A stretch of DNA of 20,000 bases from the IMG/VR virus record IMGVR_UViG_3300024177_000002, one strand, 5' to 3'. The position numbers and the translations under genes were made by a program. The stretch is from an uncultured virus (IMG/VR IMGVR_UViG_3300024177_000002) (Duplodnaviria; Heunggongvirae; Uroviricota; Caudoviricetes). The number at the start of each line of letters is the position of its first letter. Within the stretch, counting starts at the first letter, position 1. The notes under the pieces are model-generated. The model was not told the DNA's origin. It saw only the letters and a program-made list of their open reading frames with translations, and ran no database searches. Shown here piece by piece: positions 12,501 to 20,000 of the stretch.

Positions 12501-15410
12501 GTTAATCAATTCATCGGCAAGCTGAACTCCTGATAATGGATTTGCAGCCAATCTTTCACCAGCCCGCACCCATGCTTCAGCCATAGCCTGTTTTTCTTGG
12601 CGGGGGCGTTCTCCGAATCCGTAAGAAACGCGCTCAAGCTCATCAATGGCATGTTTGAGTCCAGTTCCCTCGGCTGTTTCAGGTGATTCCGGCCTTGCAC
12701 TTTCGCGTGCTGTCTTTGCTCCCGGACCTTGACCGATTTTTGATCCAGCCCATAAATCTTGTGGCGGAGCCAGTAAATCAGTTTGCCCAATGTCACCGCT
12801 ATTGCCTGTCAATCTCTGCTGCTGTTTCTGTTGAAGTTTCTCAGCATCCGTTAATGGCTTTGGTTTTCTCGCTTCGGCTTCTCTGGCTAATCTCAACTTT
12901 TGTTCTTCGATGGTTTCCGGCTTCGCAAGCTCAAGTGGTGGCGCTTCCTGTTTGGGAACAAATTCAGTTGATTGTTCGACAGGCTTGTAAGTTCCTTTTT
13001 CAACCGGAACGTCACTGCCATCTGGAATCGTTTGCGCTCCGAATTTCTTACCATCTGAAACGTGAACATCGCCCGTGTCCGGGTCAATGGCCGTCACTCT
13101 GAACTCTTCGTTGTCCAGATAGAAAGTTTCGCCGACTGACAAATCTCCAACGGAAATGATTTGCGACTTTTTCTGTTTCAATGCGGCTTGGAACGATTTC
13201 GTGAATTTGTCCAATTTTGCTTCAGGACTTTCGCCTCGAAAATGCGCGCCCCTTGCTGTGACTGCGTTCTGCATTGCGGATTGCAAATCGTCAACCGTTG
13301 CATCCTCACCCATCACGCCATCACGTCGGAGCGCGTCCAGCATTTCATCCCAGCTTTGGCCTGTTTCGGAAAATACTTTCCTGGCAGATGATCCGCGCAA
13401 TTCATCATAGGCTGAAGTGTAATAGCCTTCGGTTCCCGGATTTGCTTTGGACTTTGTGCGAATTGTTCCGCGAGATTGTATTTCGTCGATAATGTCCCAA
13501 GGGCGTTCGATGCCTTTGGATTTGACAACTTTTCCTACCTTCGCCTTTTCGGGAACGACGGCGGGTTCAACTGTTGCATTTTCTGCAAGAGTTGGTTCAG
13601 GAGTCGGCTTTGAAACAGGTTCAGAAACCGAAGGTTTGTAATTCAGTTCTTTAGCCGCCGCCATAGCCGCCTCTCTGGTCGGATAAACTTCGTGACCGTA
13701 CGGTTGTTTCTCGCCCTCAAATTCGCCGAACCAAGTGAACCTCCAACCTTTGCCAGTTGGATCAGGACTGACCAATCCATAAGGCCAATCGCTGTGAACT
13801 GTGCCTTCAAATTGAACCGATGGTTGCTTTGAAATGGGTTCAGCCGGTGAAACCTTTAATTCTTCGGCCGGGATTGAGGGTTTGGGTAATTCACTTACGG
13901 TTTCGGGTGCGGCTTGCGTTCGTTCCGCCATGGGTTGGTTCGGCTCGGATGGTTTTTGTTCCAAGTCATTGCGGCTAATTTCTTCGCTTCTCGGAGCGAC
14001 TTCCCCGCTCGTAGGTAGCTGTCCCGTATCTCCTCGCATTGTTTCGGCATTTGGTTCTCCTTGGGTTAACGGTTCTGTGATGGGTTTTTGAAGCCTGAAT
14101 CCATAATTATCTGCAATTGCTTGAGGGTCGTCTTTAATTTTGCGTAGTAAGCCCAATTGCATGGACTCATCAAACGTAATTGTTTTGATCCGTTTTTTGT
14201 ATTCCAATTCAGCAATGCGAGCGTCGGCTGCATCGAATAATTGCTCACGAGTTGCAGGCTGAAGTTCCGTAACCGGCTCAGTTTTTGGAATCGGAGTAAG
14301 TGACGGCGTTTCTGGAGGCGAAGTAGGCGCAGGCTCCCGGCCAATAGCTTTATTCCTTATCGCCCCCCTTTCGCTCGGCGTCAATTGTTCCCAAACACCA
14401 AGCGATAATCCTGCTGGCGGCATCCATTTTCCAGCCGGTTCTTCGGATTTTGGCTTTACATCAATCGGGATCATTGCTGGAACTTCTGGCGAAGCGGTGG
14501 CGCTCGGTGCTTCCGATGTCTTCGTAGGCAATGCTAAATCTTTGGTTAATCCGTGAGCTAATCCATAGCTGAATGCCGCGTTAATTAACATTTCCGTGGC
14601 GGCATCCTTTCGTTGTTTTGCCGGCAGGTCTGGGTCGAACAATTTTTCGGCAGCGGTGATTGCTCCCGGAACCGTTTGTGTCAGGAACAATGCCTGAACT
14701 GGTTTAGATGCGGCAAACGGGAATAAGGCAATGTTTTCAGGAGTAAGAAATCCCTCGACCAGGTTCTTTAACGGATTGCTTTCTAATCCAGCTTCTTCAA
14801 ATCCAGTCTTTGGGAGCTTAATTATCGGTTTTCCGGGCTGGATTATTTCTTCGTAAGGGTCGTAGCTTTTGCCGCCAAATCTTTCCGTCCTATCAATTCC
14901 GGGAGGCGGTAATTGACCTAAAATTTGTCCAGCGGTGGATTGTTCCGGCGTAATCTTTTTAGCCAGATATTCCAACGCCATTCCGCCTGGCCCTCCAAGA
15001 TATTCTCGATTCCTGAGTCCAAACCGTAAAAGCGGAGCGGCGACTTGGCCTGCGGCCTGAAATGGAATTCCAGCAGCAGAGCTTAGAATTTCGGCTGCGC
15101 TGGAATCCGGCTTTAATCCCGGCATGAATCCTTGCGCCAATGCTTGAGTAAACGCTGTATCGCCCGATGTAAATTGTCTGAAGCCTTCTTGTTCGGCCTG
15201 TCTCTGAGCGAAGTTTTTTAGTGCTTCAGAGGCATCAAAGGACTGATCTTCTGGCGGTGGGACTTCTTCGCCAGTCAGTGAGGCAGAAGCGGAGGGTTGG
15301 CTTTGAATCTTTGGGAATTGTTTGGCGAGAACGGACGAAATATCGTCCTGACTCATTTCATCTGGAAACGAGATGGTGCCAACATTAGGAACATCGACTT
15401 CAACTGGCAT
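9501..15410 (-). CDS. Large virion ejection / internal core protein (1969 aa), polyvalent-protein-like
   Basis: N-terminal VEVDVPNVGTISFPDEMSQDDI typical of podoviral large ejection proteins. Pro/Glu-rich linkers, long helical regions and hydrophobic C-terminal segments. Last and largest of three ejection-like genes. Confidence 0.75.
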   Translation of the reverse strand: MPVEVDVPNVGTISFPDEMSQDDISSVLAKQFPKIQSQPSASASLTGEEVPPPEDQSFDASEALKNFAQRQAEQEGFRQFTSGDTAFTQALAQGFMPGLKPDSSAAEILSSAAGIPFQAAGQVAAPLLRFGLRNREYLGGPGGMALEYLAKKITPEQSTAGQILGQLPPPGIDRTERFGGKSYDPYEEIIQPGKPIIKLPKTGFEEAGLESNPLKNLVEGFLTPENIALFPFAASKPVQALFLTQTVPGAITAAEKLFDPDLPAKQRKDAATEMLINAAFSYGLAHGLTKDLALPTKTSEAPSATASPEVPAMIPIDVKPKSEEPAGKWMPPAGLSLGVWEQLTPSERGAIRNKAIGREPAPTSPPETPSLTPIPKTEPVTELQPATREQLFDAADARIAELEYKKRIKTITFDESMQLGLLRKIKDDPQAIADNYGFRLQKPITEPLTQGEPNAETMRGDTGQLPTSGEVAPRSEEISRNDLEQKPSEPNQPMAERTQAAPETVSELPKPSIPAEELKVSPAEPISKQPSVQFEGTVHSDWPYGLVSPDPTGKGWRFTWFGEFEGEKQPYGHEVYPTREAAMAAAKELNYKPSVSEPVSKPTPEPTLAENATVEPAVVPEKAKVGKVVKSKGIERPWDIIDEIQSRGTIRTKSKANPGTEGYYTSAYDELRGSSARKVFSETGQSWDEMLDALRRDGVMGEDATVDDLQSAMQNAVTARGAHFRGESPEAKLDKFTKSFQAALKQKKSQIISVGDLSVGETFYLDNEEFRVTAIDPDTGDVHVSDGKKFGAQTIPDGSDVPVEKGTYKPVEQSTEFVPKQEAPPLELAKPETIEEQKLRLAREAEARKPKPLTDAEKLQQKQQQRLTGNSGDIGQTDLLAPPQDLWAGSKIGQGPGAKTARESARPESPETAEGTGLKHAIDELERVSYGFGERPRQEKQAMAEAWVRAGERLAANPLSGVQLADELINNPKRALSGDESALILRHKVALENAINNASEKAFTGTPEEKISSRLDLAAATDSLKLLMDAVNRRGSEWGREGRWRQAIAYEDYTFAAQERLATAAKGSPLTDSERAKLQADVEEHKAAADAYEKHITEKDAKIAEMEVNAALHQIELENAKAPKYSPGVLAQAEKFASYMDKKGNEALARIKARHARTLAGIDPTELVDLSIYGASKITRGLTDFAKWSAHMAEAVGDWVKPHLNDIWKASQKNLDDELKNQVVFIKKSSGEKTGESVRNAVKDMTSGERQADLKTKIENKVKDKKENEITPFVQKIARTFVEQGIRDRDALIDTVHGVLQDIMPDFTRRQTMDAISGYGAFKQLSKDEISVALRDLKGQMQQVAKIEDMAAGQAPIKTGIERRSPSDAERDFIKMVNEAKKKGGYDVTDPDTQLASAESTRLTTLRNRITDLQNEIQSGERLIKQRGEPVTSPEIEALKSQLESVKAEHASVFKTALESFKRRTEKRIADMEQRITDENFSPRPKKPGPALDKEANELLVKKLRVEQRFEDARRSWELKNRTGAEKVADFFGGWRRSFVLSSPVSLAKLAAAATEGLMFEPAKEMAGKIISAPFPRFEGRTSVESNSSVKIEANSIKQAFMRTLDDAAQTLKTGKSDLEVAFGGHRPVPEEMVSYFGRLHAAIKTPLKRAVFERVYGKLTELAIRAGKDVTDPMAQIEMGTIAMKEANRALFLEDNMLVQAYQRALSRFSQADKTTGEVPTTAAVSGGLARVLLPIVRIPTNLVARTVQAAVGFPVGATKLAIAYAKGIEKLPTEQADLIKRQLKQGSIGGAFLLAGFFLPDVFGGYYQKHEKRGPNTAKIASIKIGDYNVPSFLLHHPLLEVMQLGATIRRVMDSKLRKRDLHTQGPAAGALAGAIGLAEEVPFGREIVDLAEFTDPDTRQNAIAKQIAGMTEPQALQWLARQLDKKIPFDPREDPVKRKPVGMWQNMKMGIPGLRQTVPTGQKISP

Positions 15411-15424
15411 TGCATTTTTATGTT

Positions 15425-16684
15425 TTACTGAGGCTCAAGTTGCTGTGTGTCTGGATTCCAAGTATATCTCGGCAATCCGCCTTCACCAGTATCATTTGTC
15501 GCATTTCCGAGATTGCTCATGGGTAACGGGTTTGCCTCTGTTCCGAGAGCTAAAATGGCGGGGTCAAGTGGCGTTCCAGTGTAATCCCCAGATGAGAACG
15601 GATCATATTGTGGAGCAAGTGCAGCGGCGGCAGGAATGGCAGCACCGCCTCGGTCGCTTTCGGGTGGGGTTAATGAACCAGTGGTATCAACAGGCTGATT
15701 CCACACATCAGGCAGAATACTAGGCGCTACTGATTGGTTTGTAAGTGGATTAAACGTCGTTCCCTCTGGCGCCGGGAAAGTTGTTCCTTCTGGTGCCGGA
15801 GATAGCGCAGCGGCAGCGGGAGCGGGAGTTGTCGGAATCGTTGGTTTCGCTTGATATTCTGGTTTGGCAAGTGTCTCCCGGTTCCAAGACTGCAACTTGC
15901 CGATGTTGTCCGTGATCTCATTCCATCGAGCATTCCACCTAGCCTTATCTGCTGGATCATCATTGGCTGGATGAGCCATCAAAAATGCTCTATCTTTTTG
16001 AAGTTCGTTGATTTGTCGAGTTCTGTCTTTGACAAGTCCCGCGTCAGTAAGAGAAAGTTTTGACGGTGGCGGAAGAATTGCTGAGGTATCTAATGGAGTC
16101 GATGTTCCATCTGGATTGACTCGCAATGCCCTTCCTTGAAAATGCAATATCTGGCCCGCTGCATTTTTTGCTTCGATATTGAGTTGCTTAAGAATCGCGG
16201 CGGTTTGATTGGCGTCAAAAGTTTGTTGCCAGTGGCCATTTTGGTCTTGATGCCATTGGCCAGCCATGTCAATGCGTTGCTGAGATCGTGCTCCTTGTGC
16301 ATTTCGCCAGTTCGTCAAATCGTTTTGCCGTTGCAGGGCAAAGGCAGCCTTTTCAGCATCTCCCTTTTCCTGAGCGGTAAATTTTTGACCGGCTAGATTC
16401 TGGTTAAAATTGGCGTTATTCTGACGCTGACGATCTTCTCTGGCTTTTTCCTGCGTCGCTAAAGCCGCGGCGGCGTTATGCTGGTTCAATCCAGCATAAC
16501 CAAGCCCAAGTTGAGCATCATGCTGGCGAGCCTGTTCCGCGAGTTGATCGTAGCCAAGTTTAAGTTGATCGGCAGCGCGCCTTGCCTCCAACTGATGCTG
16601 TAAGTTGGCCAGTGAAAGCGCGGCAGCGGAATGGATGATTCCTTCCGTATCGAGGGGCCTGAGCCATGGTGCCAAGGTTGCCAT
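15425..16684 (-). CDS. Putative ejection (DNA transfer) protein
   Basis: Gln/Ala-rich coiled-coil N-half, Pro-rich C-half ending YTWNPDTQQLEPQ; positioned before the large ejection gene. Confidence 0.6.
   Translation of the reverse strand: MATLAPWLRPLDTEGIIHSAAALSLANLQHQLEARRAADQLKLGYDQLAEQARQHDAQLGLGYAGLNQHNAAAALATQEKAREDRQRQNNANFNQNLAGQKFTAQEKGDAEKAAFALQRQNDLTNWRNAQGARSQQRIDMAGQWHQDQNGHWQQTFDANQTAAILKQLNIEAKNAAGQILHFQGRALRVNPDGTSTPLDTSAILPPPSKLSLTDAGLVKDRTRQINELQKDRAFLMAHPANDDPADKARWNARWNEITDNIGKLQSWNRETLAKPEYQAKPTIPTTPAPAAAALSPAPEGTTFPAPEGTTFNPLTNQSVAPSILPDVWNQPVDTTGSLTPPESDRGGAAIPAAAALAPQYDPFSSGDYTGTPLDPAILALGTEANPLPMSNLGNATNDTGEGGLPRYTWNPDTQQLEPQ
15752..15799 (-). repeat. 24-bp in-frame tandem duplication (PAPEGTTF x2)
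   Basis: 15752-15775 and 15776-15799 encode an identical octapeptide with synonymous differences. Confidence 0.8.
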
Positions 16685-16687
16685 AGG

Positions 16688-17659
16688 TTATCCGTATGTT
16701 GCGTAATCAGAAAATCCGCGTTTCGCCCAAGGGAATTTATCCCATGGATTCGCTCTCAATGGGATGCCTGAGCCTACGCCATAAGGCGAAAATGGAGACG
16801 CAGGAGCCGAAAATCCGCCTGTTGAAATGTTTCGATCTGGCGCAATTCCGGTAGCAAACCGATTTGTGCCAAATACTCCCGTTCCGCCTGCTGGATTTGG
16901 CCCGTTCACGCCACTGAGATACTTGTTGAAAAGCTGCTCCGCGTAACTGGATTGCGCCTGTGGATTTGGAGCCGAAGCGTTGATAGCATTTGTTTCGGCT
17001 AGGCCGATTTGAGTTTCGGGGCGCACGGTTTGGGTGCCTGATACCGTCGAAAGGAAAGGATTGAGTTGCTGCAAGCCTTGGGCCTGAATTTGTTCACTGG
17101 TCAAGCCAATGTCACGGAGACTTTTATTTCGAGCCAATCCGCTTCCTGGCATTCCGCTGGATATACCAAAGCGGGCTGCCGCGTCTTGAATGGCCGCTTG
17201 AGTGGCCGGCGAAAGTTCACCGTGAAGATTGCTCAAAATGTCCGCTGCCGCCGCTGAGTTGAGCTGCGGCAGAATCGGCACAGGCTTTTGAAGGTTTCCA
17301 TATACATCAGGCACCCCGATTGGTCCTGGCACTTGTCCGAATGGCCCAGTTCCAGTTTGAGGCTGAGGATTGCTTGTAAAAACTGGATTTACAGGTTGCA
17401 CAACCTGATTTTGAGCGGGAAATAAAGTTTGGTTTCCGAATATGTCGCGTCGTTGCCATACAGGATTTGAAACCTGTCCTTGTCCGGGCATTCCGATACC
17501 AACTCCTGGCGTGCTTCCAAACGGCAACGCGCTAGACGCGCCAAACGATTCAACGCGATTCCCAAACGGATCAAATACGCCTCCCGGTGGCGTATAATTC
17601 AAACCTTGTTGTCGAGGTCTTGTCGCTGCTGTTGGATAGGAAATTGTAGGCATAGGCAA
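16688..17659 (-). CDS. Putative small ejection / pilot protein
   Basis: Gly/Pro/Gln-rich, with a GELSPATQAAIQDAAARFGISSGMPGSGLARNKSLRDIG segment typical of podoviral DNA-transfer proteins. Confidence 0.6.
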   Translation of the reverse strand: MPMPTISYPTAATRPRQQGLNYTPPGGVFDPFGNRVESFGASSALPFGSTPGVGIGMPGQGQVSNPVWQRRDIFGNQTLFPAQNQVVQPVNPVFTSNPQPQTGTGPFGQVPGPIGVPDVYGNLQKPVPILPQLNSAAAADILSNLHGELSPATQAAIQDAAARFGISSGMPGSGLARNKSLRDIGLTSEQIQAQGLQQLNPFLSTVSGTQTVRPETQIGLAETNAINASAPNPQAQSSYAEQLFNKYLSGVNGPNPAGGTGVFGTNRFATGIAPDRNISTGGFSAPASPFSPYGVGSGIPLRANPWDKFPWAKRGFSDYATYG

Positions 17660-17662
17660 TCC

Positions 17663-18652
17663 TCAAAAAGCGCGTTGTCCAGAATAAAAAGCCGTTGGCT
17701 GAATGTTAACCGGAACTTGATCCAATGGAAATTCGTCGTCCATGGAGTAATTCAATTCTGAAAAGGCAAAGTCTAGTGATTCGCGGGCATTCGTTGCATC
17801 GCCAGCTTCGCGGAATTTGATCGACTGAATGGCGGCTTTCAGGGCTTCCAGATTTTCAATCAGGACAAGATCGGCGTCAACGCGAGCGGGAACAAAAGCG
17901 AGCTTGATGAGCGCGACGATACTGCGCGAGGTTCCGCAACTGTTTTCGTTGCAAAAGTTTTTGAACTGATAACGGGCAAGGGATGGATTGGTTTCGGATG
18001 GTTCAAGGATGGATACATCCTCAAGAACATGCTTGGTCGCATCATAAGCATAAAGTCGAACATCGCTGTTGGTTTCATCTTTCAGCACTCGGTCAATGCG
18101 GCGAACGTAAAAGTCAGTCGAGGCAAACGGCATAGCCAAATTTAAAATCACGCCATCAGACCATGTTCCATCTGCATTCTTGTGCCGGATGGTTTGTCCG
18201 TTATTATCCTCGCCAAATATCGTCACCGTTTTGCCAACGTCAGCTTGAACGGAAATGTAGGCGCGAAGCAATCTGCCTTCGCCCATGATGTCGGAGTAAA
18301 CAGGCGTTTTGCCATTGGCTGTTATGCGAGATTCATTCCAAATCCATCGGTTAGGGCCATTGAGGCCGCACCAGTAATCTTTGCGTTCAAGCATGGACTC
18401 GTAGAAATTACGAATCGGAACCGGGCGATTGCAGAGATTGACCTTTCGGACATTGCCGACGTAACGAGGAAATACGACGCAGCCACGCTTGATGCAGACA
18501 TGGATTGGGACGATTAGACCAGGCCAGTCCCCGCGTCTCATTAGCAACTGTGTGGCTTCATTGACCAGAGATCGGAATTGAGCAGAGTTGGTACACGCAC
18601 CTGCAATACTCGATAAAGAGCTTTGTCGCGCCTCAAGTAGTGTAGCAAGCAT
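17663..18652 (-). CDS. Putative head-tail adaptor / tail tubular-like structural protein
   Basis: N-terminal helix LVNEATQLLMRRGDWPG, beta-rich middle and C-terminal helices; located in the virion operon; AGGAGG upstream. Confidence 0.5.
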   Translation of the reverse strand: MLATLLEARQSSLSSIAGACTNSAQFRSLVNEATQLLMRRGDWPGLIVPIHVCIKRGCVVFPRYVGNVRKVNLCNRPVPIRNFYESMLERKDYWCGLNGPNRWIWNESRITANGKTPVYSDIMGEGRLLRAYISVQADVGKTVTIFGEDNNGQTIRHKNADGTWSDGVILNLAMPFASTDFYVRRIDRVLKDETNSDVRLYAYDATKHVLEDVSILEPSETNPSLARYQFKNFCNENSCGTSRSIVALIKLAFVPARVDADLVLIENLEALKAAIQSIKFREAGDATNARESLDFAFSELNYSMDDEFPLDQVPVNIQPTAFYSGQRAF

Positions 18653-18694
18653 CGGCTTAGTAATCCTCCTGATTCATAATTAAATCAAGCCTTT

Positions 18695-19999
18695 TCAAAG
18701 CGGGTAGGTTCTTCCAGCGCCAGAGTTCCAAAGAAAATCCGAAACTGTTGGGCAGATTGACGATAACCAAATTCCCACTTCATCAACCACAATTTGAGTA
18801 TCAATGACCGGATCGCCGCATTCAGCAGTGATCGTAAATTGCGCGTTTGTCACGCTGGTAAGATTCGCCTGAAGTGCGGAGACAATAGTTGGCCCCCCAT
18901 TCATTCTCAGGCTTACGAATTGAGTATTTCGGTCGTAGGACAGGTAAAAGAAATTCCACGCGTTCTGAATCGGGGTGAATGGAGGGACATTCACAAAACT
19001 GCTATTTGTGCCGTCAAAGACCTGGGCTAGCGACGTGCCCTGAAAGACTTGAAAGATTACCGATTGTCCACCGTTGAGTTGCAGCGTAAAAATCAATTTG
19101 TCATCGAACACTGGAACTGTAGCCCATTTGAACCAACCGCTAATCGAAATTCCGCTGTCACGATAGGCCAATGCTGATGTTACGATTGATTGAAGTGACT
19201 GCGGAAATCCACCCGGCGCTGGCGCGGTGAATTCAGCCCCAAAGTGGATAATGCCTGAAACCCTGGAAATTGATCCAGTCCCGCTTGTTATTTCCGCTAA
19301 CTGAATGCCGCTTACGGCATCAACTCGAACCCCCGACGCTTCTTCCATTTTCCACCATTCCTGAAGCGCGCAATCCAGCAAAATGCGCCTAAATCCAGTT
19401 GCGTAAGTGTAAGGCCCAACGCCAGCAATCGGTAGAACCGTGATCGGCAACAGGCTTGTCGAATAATCGTTCAAGCATGAATCGCCCGATGCCCAATTCG
19501 GATCACACGTCGGTGGATTTGATAGCGGCAGCGGTTTTGCCCAATCTCGAATGCAAAAATCTCCTCGGTATCTAATGATGGTTTTTACCAAATTGACGCA
19601 CGTATTCGGGGTCGGCGCGAACAGCCACGCACCGAGAAAATCGTAATATGGATCAAGCGCGGACAGAGGCGGCGTCAATGGCTGGCCAAGAACTCCTGTC
19701 GCATTGCACGACGCTGAAGCGTAAGCATCTTGGATCGCTGGTAGCGGCGGAATAACGGCTGGCTGACTTGGGCAATACTGAACAATCTTTTGATCGCTTG
19801 GGCGGTAGGTAACGTCAACATCGAAAACGCCGCTTGCCCATGCGTAAACGTCTGGATTCACGCCAGCCCATAGAGCAATTAAATCGTCCTGAACGTCCTT
19901 GGCGTCGTATGGGTCTGAAAGCGTTATGTCCCACGATCCATGGAATATCGCTTCCGAGATATTGACCTGAAAATCAATGTCCACATGGAAGTGGACATT
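18695..19999 (-). CDS. LamG/concanavalin-A-like domain virion protein (tail fibre or decoration); 5' end beyond the window
   Basis: LQEWWKMEEASGVRVD, SISGWFK, WNFFYLSYD and VDEVGIW...LWNSGAG are LamG hallmarks. The frame stays open upstream of 19984 (NVHFHVDIDF) to the window edge. Confidence 0.75.
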   Translation of the reverse strand, partial: NVHFHVDIDFQVNISEAIFHGSWDITLSDPYDAKDVQDDLIALWAGVNPDVYAWASGVFDVDVTYRPSDQKIVQYCPSQPAVIPPLPAIQDAYASASCNATGVLGQPLTPPLSALDPYYDFLGAWLFAPTPNTCVNLVKTIIRYRGDFCIRDWAKPLPLSNPPTCDPNWASGDSCLNDYSTSLLPITVLPIAGVGPYTYATGFRRILLDCALQEWWKMEEASGVRVDAVSGIQLAEITSGTGSISRVSGIIHFGAEFTAPAPGGFPQSLQSIVTSALAYRDSGISISGWFKWATVPVFDDKLIFTLQLNGGQSVIFQVFQGTSLAQVFDGTNSSFVNVPPFTPIQNAWNFFYLSYDRNTQFVSLRMNGGPTIVSALQANLTSVTNAQFTITAECGDPVIDTQIVVDEVGIWLSSICPTVSDFLWNSGAGRTYPL

Positions 20000-20000
20000 G

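Noticed and set aside
9501..15410. Tape measure protein or virion RNA polymerase
   Set aside because: No TMP-type periodic aromatic repeats or tail chaperone context, and no DxDGD or T7-like polymerase motifs were seen. The context fits ejection proteins.
9684..18517. Plus-strand and alternative-frame ORFs within the virion genes
   Set aside because: They are shadow ORFs of long minus-strand genes, with Ser/Phe-rich antisense composition.
18695..19999. Diversity-generating retroelement target
   Set aside because: No template/variable repeat pair or reverse transcriptase is visible in the window.
1..20000. Stop-codon reassignment or tRNA genes
   Set aside because: The standard code gives near-complete coding density with all three stops used at gene ends, and no tRNA cloverleaf was recognised.

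Overview
This window is a gene-dense fragment of a tailed dsDNA phage or prophage, most likely podovirus-like. About 1-9450 is an early/replication region made of short, translationally coupled genes. It includes a DUF1376/YdaU-type replication initiator with internal iterons, a DnaC/IstB-like loader ATPase, a PAPS-reductase-like (adenine nucleotide alpha-hydrolase) protein, a sigma70-region-4 HTH/alpha-CTD-like protein, two DUF551 genes and an HNH nuclease. An oppositely oriented block (3726-5803) carries a phage N6-adenine methyltransferase and a VRR-NUC-like nuclease. About 9501-20000 is the converging end of the virion operon: a LamG-domain protein, a probable head-tail adaptor, and three ejection-type proteins, the largest 1969 aa. 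I saw no tRNA, rRNA, CRISPR array, integrase or reverse transcriptase. The best candidate for an undescribed system is the leader of the replication initiator (92-285): a promoter, a small hairpin, a 17-bp-stem three-way-junction RNA with complementarity to upstream sites, and a 42-codon leader ORF whose stop overlaps the initiator's TTG start. All protein family calls come from motif recognition by eye; no database search was run.
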